NCBI GenBank assembly: GCA_965208125.1
Contig: OZ242320.1
Coordinates: 2,368,001-2,432,000, forward strand
DNA: 64,000 nucleotides
Origin: Candidatus Latescibacterota bacterium
GTDB taxonomy: Bacteria > Latescibacterota > UBA2968
Reading direction: 5' to 3'
Shown: piece by piece, positions 28,411-37,543 of the stretch
Layout: each line of letters starts with the position of its first letter
Numbering within the stretch: position 1 is the stretch's first letter
The notes under the pieces: model-generated
What the model saw: only the letters and a program-made list of their open reading frames with translations
Databases searched by the model: none
What the model was told of the DNA's origin: nothing
Program-made: the position numbers and the translations under genes

Positions 28411-30964
28411 AGTTAAAATATGGATTAAAGACCTCAAATTTGCCGTTCTTGACGATCAGGATAATCGGGTTGTAAATCGCGTCTCCGTTGGCGTCAAAAG
28501 AGAATTTGCCCAGGATTGTGTCCAGATTACTGATATGCGCCATTGCGTCTCGAATCGCCTCTGAATCAGTTGATGGGGCAGCGGCGATGGCGTTTGATAG
28601 GATATAGACGGTGGCATACGCTTGTGCGACGAATTCGTCTGGTTCGGAATTGTATTTCATCGTGTAATTTTCGACGAATGCGCGATTTCCCGGTGTGTCA
28701 GCCATGCTGCTCCATATGGTAAAACTAATCGCGCCTTCGGCGGCGGGACCCGCGCGTTGTACATTGCCCGCGGTCAGGGCTATCGTGATGAAGTGAACTT
28801 CGGTGGGGATGCCGATTTGCCGAGTCTGGATCAGAACGGCTTCCTTTTCTATGGGTAAAGCGGAGAGGAAGATGGCGTCTGGATTCAGTTCTTTTATTCG
28901 GGTTAATTGGTCCGAGAAGTCGGTGTCGCCGGTTTGGAAAGTTTCTGTGGTTATCACTTCGACGTTGTTCTGCTGGAGTGCTTCTGTGATCGCCTCGTTG
29001 CTGCTCTGGGAGAAGACATCATCGCTTTGATATATGGTAGCGACTCTCTGATAGCCGAGTTTTTCATGGGTGGTTTTGACGCCACCGGGTACGACGCGAT
29101 CTACGTTGAGTATCGTGCGAAAGACAAAATCACCTATTTCGCTGAGGCCCTGGGCGGCGGCAGTCGGGCTGATCGCTACGATTTGATTTTGTTGGGCAAT
29201 GGGAAAAGCCTCTCGAGTCGTAGTTGAGGCGAACGGGCCGATGATGACGGATACGCCATCTCGATGAATCAGTTTATTATAGGCTGCAATTGTTCCCGCT
29301 GAGGTGGTCTCATTGTCTTCTATAATAAACTCGATTCTTGCTCCGCCGAGTAGCGGTGATTGGTTGATTTCTTCGCGCGCGAGTTCGAGACCATTTTTTA
29401 TCGCAGGGCTAAGTGTCGCAAGATGGCCTGTCAGGGGCATGACGACGCCAATGGGTATTTCTTTTTTTTGTGGTGACAAACCGAAGACTTCGAGTTTGCC
29501 ATTTCTGACGATCAGTACAACCGGGTTGTAAACCCCATCTCCATTGGCGTCAAAAGAGAATTTGCCCAGAATTGTGTCCAGATCTCTGGTTTTTGCCAGA
29601 GCGTCCCGAATTGCCCTTGAATCAATTGATTGGGCATTGGCGATGGCGTTTGATAGGATAAGGACGGTGGCATAGGATTGTGCGGTGAATGCGCTGGGTT
29701 CAACGCCGGCTCTCATCGTGTAATTTTCGACGAATGCGCGATTTCCGGGCGTGTCAGCCGTGCTGGTCCAGGCTGTAAAACTAATCGCTCCCTCGGCGGC
29801 AGCACCTGCGCGTTCTATTTCGCCTGGGGTCAGGGTTTGTGTGATGAAGTGAACTTCGGGGGGAATACCGATTTCCCGAGTCTGGATCAGAATATCATTC
29901 GCCTCTGTTATAGGTAAAGCAGAGAGGAAGATGGCGTCTGGATTCGATTCTTTTATTCGGGTTAATTGATCCGAAAAGTCGGTCTGACCGACCTGGAAGG
30001 ACTCTGTGATCAGAACCTCGACGCCGTTTTGAAGAAGTGTTTCTTTGATTACTGCGTCGCTATTTTGGGCAAAGATGTCGCCAGCCTGGAATATTGTGGC
30101 TACTTTCTGATAGCCGAGCTGCTCATGCGTGGCCGTGACGCCACGGGGTATAAGCCAGTTAACGGTGAGACTGGTGCGGAAGAGGAAATCGCCTATTGCG
30201 CTGAGGCCTGGGGAGGCTGAGGTTGGACTAATCGCCACGACTTCGTTTTGTTGGGCGATGGGAAACGCCTCTCGGGTTGAACTTGAGGTGTACGGGCCGA
30301 TGATGACGGATACGCCATCTTGATGAATCAGTTTATTATAAGCTTCAACAGAGCCTTCTGGCGTGCTGCGATTGTCTTCCATAATGAAATTGATTTTTGC
30401 CCCGCCGAGTAGCGATGAACGGTTGATTTCTTCGCGTGCGAGTTCAAAGCCAGCTATAAGCGACTGACCGCCTGCACTGAGTTGGCCCGTCAGAGGCAGG
30501 ACGACGCCAATGGTAATTTCTGCGGGGAGACCTTCTAATGTCAACTCTGCCTTTCCGCCAATGGGCAAGTTGAGCCGTACTTTTTGGCCTTCGTTAATTG
30601 GAATGCTGGTCCAGGATCCGATCTCGATTCCGTCTTGTGAGGCGCGCGCTTGATAATAGCCATTGCCCGTTGTGATCTCTATCCGTGCTTGACCATTTTC
30701 ATCAGTTATGTCTGACCACTGATAATCTGCTTTTTGTCCCGCAATAGAACGCGCAAATTCTACTTTTGCCCCGCTTACTGGTGCGTCATCCTGCTGCACA
30801 GTGGCTAAGACCACAGCATTTTGTTGTGCGGCCAATTTGCTCAGGGGACGGCCAATCTGTTCTTCTGTCCCGATTTCTGACTGCGTTACGCGCTCACCGC
30901 CACAATTCCATATCATTCCTGCGACAAGGGCTATTGCGATTATACTGCGGATATTTTGCAACAT
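28409..30964 (-). CDS. Lipoprotein with N-terminal Ig-like module and two tandem Leu/Ile/Val-type periplasmic binding domains
   Basis: Lipobox IWNC; two internal repeats starting IGVVLPLTG / IGVVMPLTG and ending ILGKFSFDANGD; start ATG 30964 after RBS AGGAG. Confidence 0.88.
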   Translation of the reverse strand: MLQNIRSIIAIALVAGMIWNCGGERVTQSEIGTEEQIGRPLSKLAAQQNAVVLATVQQDDAPVSGAKVEFARSIAGQKADYQWSDITDENGQARIEITTGNGYYQARASQDGIEIGSWTSIPINEGQKVRLNLPIGGKAELTLEGLPAEITIGVVLPLTGQLSAGGQSLIAGFELAREEINRSSLLGGAKINFIMEDNRSTPEGSVEAYNKLIHQDGVSVIIGPYTSSSTREAFPIAQQNEVVAISPTSASPGLSAIGDFLFRTSLTVNWLIPRGVTATHEQLGYQKVATIFQAGDIFAQNSDAVIKETLLQNGVEVLITESFQVGQTDFSDQLTRIKESNPDAIFLSALPITEANDILIQTREIGIPPEVHFITQTLTPGEIERAGAAAEGAISFTAWTSTADTPGNRAFVENYTMRAGVEPSAFTAQSYATVLILSNAIANAQSIDSRAIRDALAKTRDLDTILGKFSFDANGDGVYNPVVLIVRNGKLEVFGLSPQKKEIPIGVVMPLTGHLATLSPAIKNGLELAREEINQSPLLGGARIEFIIEDNETTSAGTIAAYNKLIHRDGVSVIIGPFASTTTREAFPIAQQNQIVAISPTAAAQGLSEIGDFVFRTILNVDRVVPGGVKTTHEKLGYQRVATIYQSDDVFSQSSNEAITEALQQNNVEVITTETFQTGDTDFSDQLTRIKELNPDAIFLSALPIEKEAVLIQTRQIGIPTEVHFITIALTAGNVQRAGPAAEGAISFTIWSSMADTPGNRAFVENYTMKYNSEPDEFVAQAYATVYILSNAIAAAPSTDSEAIRDAMAHISNLDTILGKFSFDANGDAIYNPIILIVKNGKFEVFNPYFN

Positions 30965-31047
30965 GGTGATCTCCTGAAAGCGGTATAGAGAAAATCCCAG
31001 GACGGTTTTTCCCATCCTGGGATTTTTTGTGCGAGATGGACGGGTGT

Positions 31048-31488
31048 CTATCCCGTCAGTTGTGCGTGAAATTCTGTCCAGTCATCGAGGTTGTTCAGGT
31101 TGACGGCGTCGAGAATTGTGCCGTCGTCGTCAATGCCTGCGCCACCGAGGATGGCCCCGCGGACATCGTCTGCGTGGTTATAACCCTCGATTGCGGCGTT
31201 GAGTTCTGCAACGGCGTTGCTGTCGAGGCTGCCGCCGCTCTGTGCGATTACCCATGCTTCGAATTCCGGATAGGAGGGTAGATTTTCGGTGAGATAGGCG
31301 ACGGTGGCATCGCGGTCGAGGCCCAGACCATCGAGAACCATCTGGTCGTAGCCCATGCCACATTGGTCATATCCTTCTTCGAGGTTGCCCGTGGCGCCCA
31401 ACAGGACTTTGCTCCACAGGCGAGGAAGATGGAGTACGCCCGCCGGTCCTGCAACACCTGAACTGATGAGGGGGATTGTTCCTGCCAT
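31048..31488 (-). CDS. DUF5069-like protein
   Basis: GVLHLPRLWSK, CGMGYDQMVLDGLGLD; RBS AGGAG. Confidence 0.7.
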   Translation of the reverse strand: MAGTIPLISSGVAGPAGVLHLPRLWSKVLLGATGNLEEGYDQCGMGYDQMVLDGLGLDRDATVAYLTENLPSYPEFEAWVIAQSGGSLDSNAVAELNAAIEGYNHADDVRGAILGGAGIDDDGTILDAVNLNNLDDWTEFHAQLTG

Positions 31489-31580
31489 TTTTTACTCCTT
31501 TTGAATATGGTTCATCGACCAGCACGCGAATGATTGGGGAGGTGCTGGTGCGATTTGAACCGTCTTTTGAGAATGACTTT

Positions 31581-32090
31581 TTATTTTGCCAAAACACCTT
31601 TTTGATCTTTGTTGAGTGTCCAGGTATCGACCACACCGTTTGAATATGTTACGGTAAGTTGTGAGCCGATAAACTCATATTGCGTTCCGTTATCGTGGGT
31701 AAGTGTTACGCGCGCATCGTCAGAGGAGATTTGTCCCGTGCCATTTTGGGTGGTTGTGTCATAAACTGCATCTGAGCTATCTGTTTCTACCGAGCCGATT
31801 CTGAGTTTGGATTGATATGTAAATGTCGTGCCTTGTAGATCGTATAAACGGTCGATGATTCTAATGCTCTGTCTGTCGTCGGTTACGGAGAGATGCACCT
31901 TAGCCTGGGTGGGTGTGGTTGGAAACCATTCGATGAGGCCGCTGATTTGCGGACTCTGGATGATTTCACCCTGTGCGGGTTTGCGAGAGTCCAACAGCCA
32001 GGTTCCGCGAAGCTCTGCCTGGTATTTGGTGTCGTCGCCGCAACCAATTAGTAAGGCACAAAAGACGAGTGTTATAGATGTGCGCAACAT
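31581..32090 (-). CDS. Putative lipoprotein, lipocalin-like; paralog of 27469-27975
   Basis: Lipobox LIGC, LRGTWLL, VVDTW. Confidence 0.65.
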   Translation of the reverse strand: MLRTSITLVFCALLIGCGDDTKYQAELRGTWLLDSRKPAQGEIIQSPQISGLIEWFPTTPTQAKVHLSVTDDRQSIRIIDRLYDLQGTTFTYQSKLRIGSVETDSSDAVYDTTTQNGTGQISSDDARVTLTHDNGTQYEFIGSQLTVTYSNGVVDTWTLNKDQKGVLAK

Positions 32091-32220
32091 AAAAATCTCC
32101 TGTCAAAACATCGATGCAAATAGAATCCGTCATTATCCCGCCGCGAACAATAAAAAGGGAATTAGTGCCTTGTCAAGGACAAACTGTTGTGTGTAGCAGG
32201 TTCTCGTTCTATATTTTGAT

Positions 32221-32322
32221 CCGCAGATGAACGCAGATGGACGCAAATGTGTAGGGGCAGTGCCTCGTGCCTGCCCGCCAGATGAACGCAGGTGTGTAGG
32301 GGCGAGGCATGCCTCGCCCGTC
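32221..32322. repeat. Composite of nonamer repeats (CGCAGATGA-like) and two GTAG REP-like palindromes
   Basis: ccgcagatgaacgcagatggacgcaaat, gtaggggcagtgcctcgtgcctgccc (32251), gtaggggcgaggcatgcctcgcccgtc (32296). Confidence 0.75.
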
Positions 32323-32350
32323 ATTGCCTTTAAATGGGAGAATATTTGAA

Positions 32351-33286
32351 ATGGAAGAGATGGCGCACAGACCAAAGCGGTCTTTGAGAAGCTATGTTGG
32401 TATTGCATTGAGGGGCGTGTGTATGGGGGCTGCCGATGTTGTGCCCGGCGTGTCGGGGGGCACGATGGCGCTGATTACGGGGATTTATGAAGAGCTGATT
32501 CTTTCGATCCGGTCTTTTGACACGCGATCTGCGAGGCTTCTGATTGGGTTGCGAATAAGAGAGTTGCTCGGTTATGTGCGATGGCCTTTTTTGTGCGCGC
32601 TGGTCACGGGGATTCTCGTTGCGTTTTTTTCTTTGTCGCGCGCGATTACTTATTTGCTGGAGAATGAGCCTGTTTTTCTGTGGTCTTTTTTCTTTGGGCT
32701 GGTGCTGGCGTCCGTTTTTACGGTGGGGAGGCGCATTCCGCAGTGGAATTTGAAAATGTTTTTGGGTGCTGTTGGCGCAACGCTGTGCGCGTATTTTTTG
32801 GTCGGGTTGGTGCCGGTTGAAATGCCGCATAGCCCACCGTATATTTTTGGTTCTGCTATGGTTGCGATTTGCGCGATGATTTTGCCCGGTATTTCGGGGT
32901 CCTTTGTGCTGGTTTTGCTGGGGCAATATCCATATCTTCTCAACGCGGTCAATACGTGGGATCTGTTTACAATCGCGCTTTTTGGTTCAGGGGCTGTGGT
33001 GGGGCTGATGGCTTTTTCGCGCGTTCTGAACTGGTTTTTTCGGCATTATCACGATTTGACGATTGCGCTGTTGACCGGGTTGATGCTGGGGTCGCTCAGG
33101 AAGATCTGGCCGTGGAAAGAGACGCTGGAGACGATGGTCAATAGGCACGGCGAGGTGGTGCCTATAGTTCAGGTGAATGCGTTGCCCGAGGCGTGGTCAG
33201 GCGAGGTGATGGGGGCAATAGGACTCGCGCTTTTGGGGCTGGTGCTGGTGCTCGTTCTCGAGCGTTTGGCCAGGCGCGGGGAGTGA
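32351..33286 (+). CDS. DUF368 family membrane protein (putative undecaprenyl-phosphate translocase family)
   Basis: GAADVVPGVSGGTMALITGIYE and AMILPGISGS signature repeats. Confidence 0.92.
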   Translation: MEEMAHRPKRSLRSYVGIALRGVCMGAADVVPGVSGGTMALITGIYEELILSIRSFDTRSARLLIGLRIRELLGYVRWPFLCALVTGILVAFFSLSRAITYLLENEPVFLWSFFFGLVLASVFTVGRRIPQWNLKMFLGAVGATLCAYFLVGLVPVEMPHSPPYIFGSAMVAICAMILPGISGSFVLVLLGQYPYLLNAVNTWDLFTIALFGSGAVVGLMAFSRVLNWFFRHYHDLTIALLTGLMLGSLRKIWPWKETLETMVNRHGEVVPIVQVNALPEAWSGEVMGAIGLALLGLVLVLVLERLARRGE

Positions 33287-33372
33287 GATTCTGATTTTTT
33301 CTTGACAGGTCCGCATTTTGGAAAATAGATTGTGACGAGAATTTTTTTCATCCTTAAACTATCGAGGTAGAT

Positions 33373-34266
33373 ATGGCAAATTCAGATTACACAATTGGCG
33401 TGGTTGGCGTTGGGCGAATGGGCGCGAATATTGCGCGTCATCTCAACGATGAGGGGTTTTCGGTCGAGGCGGTGTACGATGTTCGCGCAGAGGTCGCATC
33501 GGATCTTGCCAGCGAGTTGGGTTGTGAGGCGCATACAGAACTCGCGGGTGTGACGGCTGCTGCAGATTATATTATTACGGTTGTGACAGATGACGCTGCA
33601 ATGGGGACCATTTATGCCGAGTCTGGCGATAGTCTGCTGCAGGGTGCTCAGGGCAAGGTTTTTATTAATTGCGCGACGATTACGCCACAGATTCACGTGG
33701 ATGTGGAAGGTCTTGCAGAGCAGGCGGGGGCAAATAGTCTGGAGGGGTGCATGGCCAGTAGTATTACACAGGCGCGCGAAGGTACGCTTTATTTGATGTG
33801 TGGCGGTAAGCGCGCTGTTTTTGACCAGGCGAGTCCGATTCTCGAGTCTATGAGTACAAATTTGATCTATATCGGCGAAGCGGGGCAGGCAGCGCAGGTC
33901 AAGGCGCTCGTCAATATGGTTATGAATATCAATACCGCTGGTCTGGCAGAGGGGCTGGGGTTGGGCGCTGCGCTCGGTCTGGATTTGAATATGCTCATGG
34001 AGGTGTTTTCGCAAACGGGGGCAAATTCCCGCGTGCTGGAGACCGATGGGGAAGATATGGTCATTCGCGATCACGAATGTTATTTTTCTGCCGATCATGC
34101 GGCAAAAGATTCTGGTATTGCGCTTTCGCTCGCTCAGGACGCGGGTGTCAATCTGCCATTGGCAGAGGCGACAAAAGCCCAGTTTGAGCTTTTGAAAGAG
34201 AAGGGCAAGGGCGATTTGGACAAATCGGGTGTTGCCGAGTTGACTTTCCCGGGGCGAGATGATTAG
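33373..34266 (+). CDS. NAD(P)-dependent oxidoreductase, 3-hydroxyisobutyrate dehydrogenase-like
   Basis: GVVGVGRMG, VKALVN, HAAKD; upstream TTGACA(33302)..TAGATT promoter candidate. Confidence 0.88.
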   Translation: MANSDYTIGVVGVGRMGANIARHLNDEGFSVEAVYDVRAEVASDLASELGCEAHTELAGVTAAADYIITVVTDDAAMGTIYAESGDSLLQGAQGKVFINCATITPQIHVDVEGLAEQAGANSLEGCMASSITQAREGTLYLMCGGKRAVFDQASPILESMSTNLIYIGEAGQAAQVKALVNMVMNINTAGLAEGLGLGAALGLDLNMLMEVFSQTGANSRVLETDGEDMVIRDHECYFSADHAAKDSGIALSLAQDAGVNLPLAEATKAQFELLKEKGKGDLDKSGVAELTFPGRDD

Positions 34267-35457
34267 GTGATGCAGACACGAGATTTCATAGCGGCTATTG
34301 ACCGAGAGTGGGTGGCTGATCGGACCCTGGAGTTGGTCGATATATACAGTGTCACGATGGATGAAGCCGAAGTCTGCCGCGCGTATTGCGATATGATGTG
34401 TGGGATTGGTCTGGATGTGGATGTGCGAGAGGTTACTCCGGGGCGGAATAATCTCTATGCGCGTATCGCGGGGCAGGGGGATGGCCCCTCCCTGATGCTC
34501 AATGGGCATCTCGATACGATTCCCGTGGGGGATTGTCCGCCCGCTCGTCGCGAGGGCAACCGCGTGTACGGTCGGGGGGCGACCGATATGAAGGGGGGGA
34601 TGGCTGCGGCTTTGGGCGCAGTTAAGGCGCTCATGGAAAGTGGCGTGGAATTGCGGGGTGATCTGTGGCTGACGGCAGTTGTGGGGCACGAGGAGGTCGA
34701 GGCGCAAAAGGACGGGCCATGGGCGCTGATTGCCGATCGCAATAGCGGCCGGATTGGCGGAGACCGGATTTTGATTGTCGAGGGCCGCGATGCGCTGTGG
34801 GTGATGAGCATGGGGTCGATGGTTTTTACCATCACGCTCGAATCAGATGCTGGCGGCAGGCACACGCAGTACGTGCCTTTTGCGGAGAATCCGATCCGCT
34901 TTGTGGGCGCGCTTATCGAGCGAATTCATCATTATCAACTTGAGCTTGACGCTGGACCAGCACACGCTCTTGCCGGGGCAGAGCGAGTCGATCTGGGCAT
35001 TGTCACCGGGGGCGACTATTTTAATCGCACGCCCCTGTGTTGTACGCTGACCGGGACCCGGCGCTGGTTGCCGGGGCGCACCGCGCCACAGGTGTTGGCG
35101 GAGTTGGAAGACCTGGCGCGGCCATTTGCCGAGGCTGGAGAGTTGCGCCTGCGGGTCGAGATGGAGCACGATCGCGAGCCTTTTGATACCCGTGCCGACG
35201 ATGCGGCAGTGCAGGCGGTGGCCCGGGCGCATACACAGGTGACGGGCCATGATGCAGAGCTGGTGGGGATGAGGATTGTGGGGGATGCCAATTTATACGT
35301 GCACGGGACGGGGGTGCCGACTTTTTACTACGGTCCCTCGAATGAGACGGCACACGCAGATGTGGAGTGGGTGGAGGTGGATCGGTTGGAGAAAGCCGCG
35401 CAGGTGTACGCGTTGGCTGCGGCTGACTATTGTGGTCTTGTGGGAGAGGAAGGGTAG
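34267..35457 (+). CDS. M20 family metallopeptidase (ArgE/DapE-like)
   Basis: LNGHLDT, GRGATDMKGG, HEE, AHADVE. Confidence 0.9.
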   Translation: MMQTRDFIAAIDREWVADRTLELVDIYSVTMDEAEVCRAYCDMMCGIGLDVDVREVTPGRNNLYARIAGQGDGPSLMLNGHLDTIPVGDCPPARREGNRVYGRGATDMKGGMAAALGAVKALMESGVELRGDLWLTAVVGHEEVEAQKDGPWALIADRNSGRIGGDRILIVEGRDALWVMSMGSMVFTITLESDAGGRHTQYVPFAENPIRFVGALIERIHHYQLELDAGPAHALAGAERVDLGIVTGGDYFNRTPLCCTLTGTRRWLPGRTAPQVLAELEDLARPFAEAGELRLRVEMEHDREPFDTRADDAAVQAVARAHTQVTGHDAELVGMRIVGDANLYVHGTGVPTFYYGPSNETAHADVEWVEVDRLEKAAQVYALAAADYCGLVGEEG

Positions 35458-35482
35458 GGGTTTAACGTTCCGTACAAAAGAC

Positions 35483-35516
35483 AAAAGGGCTGTGCAATGA
35501 GTGCGCAGCCTTTTTT
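35483..35516. terminator. Bidirectional terminator
   Basis: aaaagggctgtgca-atgag-tgcgcagcctttttt between convergent genes. Confidence 0.7.
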
Positions 35517-35517
35517 G

Positions 35518-36387
35518 TTACCTGTTGGTGTCTTTTGGGAGGTCGAGGTATTTGACAAAGGCCACTTCGTTGCGCGCTTCGTTGTAGATCAATTCGTCTG
35601 CGCTGGTTTTGACCATTAGCAGGCCAAAGCCGCCCGGGCGCAACCCCTGGTTTTCTCTGACGCTCATGTGGGCGATGGGATCGTCGGGGTTGTTGAGAGC
35701 CGCATGTTCGAGTTCATCCATGTCAAAGCCCGATCCGGGATCTGCTATGCGAAACATGAGCATGCGTTCAAAGCGGAGAAATGCGATTCGAACCTTTTTG
35801 CTCGGGTCGAGTTGCCCGCCCCATTCAATGGCATTGGCGAGGAGTTCGTAGAATGACATCGCGATGGTCTCGCGGAGGTCTTCGGGCAAGTCGGCTTCCA
35901 GTTGCATGACAAAATTGCGCATCCGTCCCGCTGATTTTTGATCACAGGGCACCAGAAGCTCAACCCAGTTTGGGGTTGCCGATGTCACTTCGATAATTGT
36001 TTCCTGGCGACTTGCGCCGAGGCCGTCCTGGACAATGCGTGTCAATTCCTGGGGGTCTATGGGTTTTGGGATATAGTGATATGCCTGTTCGCGGATTGCT
36101 TTGAGGAGGGTGTCTGAGGTGTCATCGGAGGTCATGACAATGACTGGCGGTGGTGAGGGCAGGGTTTTTACTTTTGACAATAATTCCAAACCGTTGAGTC
36201 CGGGCATCCATATATCTGTAAGTAGCAAGTCGAATGGGGTTTTGGCGATTCGGTCATAAGCCTTTTTCCCATCGGTTACTGTTTCTGTTGTGTACCCGGC
36301 ATCTTCGAGTATGGCTTCTACCAGCACTCTGGTTGGGCCGTCGTCTTCGGCGATCAGTATTTTGGACATGTCTGGTGCTCGGTTCAA
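35518..36387 (-). CDS. Response regulator fused to an RsbW-like anti-sigma/Ser kinase (HATPase_c_2)
   Basis: ILIAEDD, TDIWMPG, then ELLANAIEWG, DPGSGFD, GGFGL. Confidence 0.85.
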   Translation of the reverse strand: MNRAPDMSKILIAEDDGPTRVLVEAILEDAGYTTETVTDGKKAYDRIAKTPFDLLLTDIWMPGLNGLELLSKVKTLPSPPPVIVMTSDDTSDTLLKAIREQAYHYIPKPIDPQELTRIVQDGLGASRQETIIEVTSATPNWVELLVPCDQKSAGRMRNFVMQLEADLPEDLRETIAMSFYELLANAIEWGGQLDPSKKVRIAFLRFERMLMFRIADPGSGFDMDELEHAALNNPDDPIAHMSVRENQGLRPGGFGLLMVKTSADELIYNEARNEVAFVKYLDLPKDTNR

Positions 36388-37115
36388 AAGGAATATGTGA
36401 GTTCTTTGAGTGCGTTTTGAACTGCGGATAACTCGCGTTCGAGTGCCTGGCAGGTTTCGGAAGCCTGGCTCAAGTTGTCCGTTTTACCCATTTGCTCGAG
36501 TGCGAAAGCTGTTTCGTATGCTGCTTTGGCGTCAAAATTGGCCACGGAACCCTTTAGCGCGTGGGCTGCCTGGCGCAGGTCTTCGGGCGATTGCTGGTCA
36601 ATTGCCCGATGCAATGCGGCGATATGGTCGGGTAATTCTTTTAGGAAAACATCTACCATTTTTTTAAAAATTTGTTTTCTGCCACCTACCCGTGTCATGA
36701 TACCATCAATGTCAACAGGAGGTGTTTGGGAAGCGGCAGGCACATTCAAATTTTGCAAGACGGCAACGAGAAGGTCTGCGCGGACAGGGCGGATTAGCGT
36801 TGCTGTGGCACCTGCGTTGAGACAGGGTTGATCGTATTTTTCGTGTGATACGAGACCAATAATGGGAATGCCCGATTGCGCCCGCGCAATTTGTTGTTCA
36901 ATATTTTCACACTCATCTATGTCGATCATCGCGAAACGGTAAGACAGGGCTTTCTCGGGTAGTTCGGAAACCGCCACAACCCGATAGCCTTTTTGCTCGA
37001 GGAGCGCGTAGAGCAGGTGGCGATGGATGGGGTTGCGGTCTATAATGAGCGCGTCGCAAGATGTTGGGAGATCGGCCATCGAATCTGACTCCAGGAATGT
37101 GAAAAAATCATCCAC
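36384..37115 (-). CDS. Degenerate REC + Hpt domain protein
   Basis: AAHALKGSVANF Hpt motif; N-terminal REC-like region. Confidence 0.85.
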   Translation of the reverse strand: MDDFFTFLESDSMADLPTSCDALIIDRNPIHRHLLYALLEQKGYRVVAVSELPEKALSYRFAMIDIDECENIEQQIARAQSGIPIIGLVSHEKYDQPCLNAGATATLIRPVRADLLVAVLQNLNVPAASQTPPVDIDGIMTRVGGRKQIFKKMVDVFLKELPDHIAALHRAIDQQSPEDLRQAAHALKGSVANFDAKAAYETAFALEQMGKTDNLSQASETCQALERELSAVQNALKELTYSF

Positions 37116-37287
37116 ATAATAGGTACAACAGATTGGCAGTTTATGTCAACCACAATTGTTTGAGGTTGTGGGTAGTTCAAACTAATAGAAAGAAGTAGAT
37201 TTTTGGTTGACTTCTGTTTTTGTGTTTGCAATCTTAATGGCAAATGGTTTCCCACAATCGCTATTCCGATAGTATCAGGAGGTGTTT

Positions 37288-37527
37288 ATGGATCTTAAGG
37301 ATTTGGACCGTATCCACGAGGAACAGGCAGAGAGACAAAAGTTCAAAAGCATTCTTCAACGTTTTGAAGAAGGGAACAATTTGAGGAATGGGTTTATTGT
37401 TATTGCCATTGTGATTGCCCTGGTCATTGTGATTTACGGTTTGAAAGAAATGAATTTTCTCTTTGAATCTATTCCGGGTGGTGACCCGGTAGAACAAGTA
37501 ACGCCCCGAGACACAGAGGGTGAATAG
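37288..37527 (+). CDS. Small single-TM hypothetical protein
   Basis: RBS AGGAGG, hydrophobic stretch FIVIAIVIALVIVIY. Confidence 0.65.
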   Translation: MDLKDLDRIHEEQAERQKFKSILQRFEEGNNLRNGFIVIAIVIALVIVIYGLKEMNFLFESIPGGDPVEQVTPRDTEGE

Positions 37528-37543
37528 GGCTTCCTGAAAGCTT

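Noticed and set aside
33382-34707. Long antisense ORFs (e.g. 441 aa here, 38498-39643, 62551-63504) and the alternate-frame ORF 2554-3642
   Set aside because: They overlap well-supported genes and have biased, motif-free translations explained by codon and strand skew.
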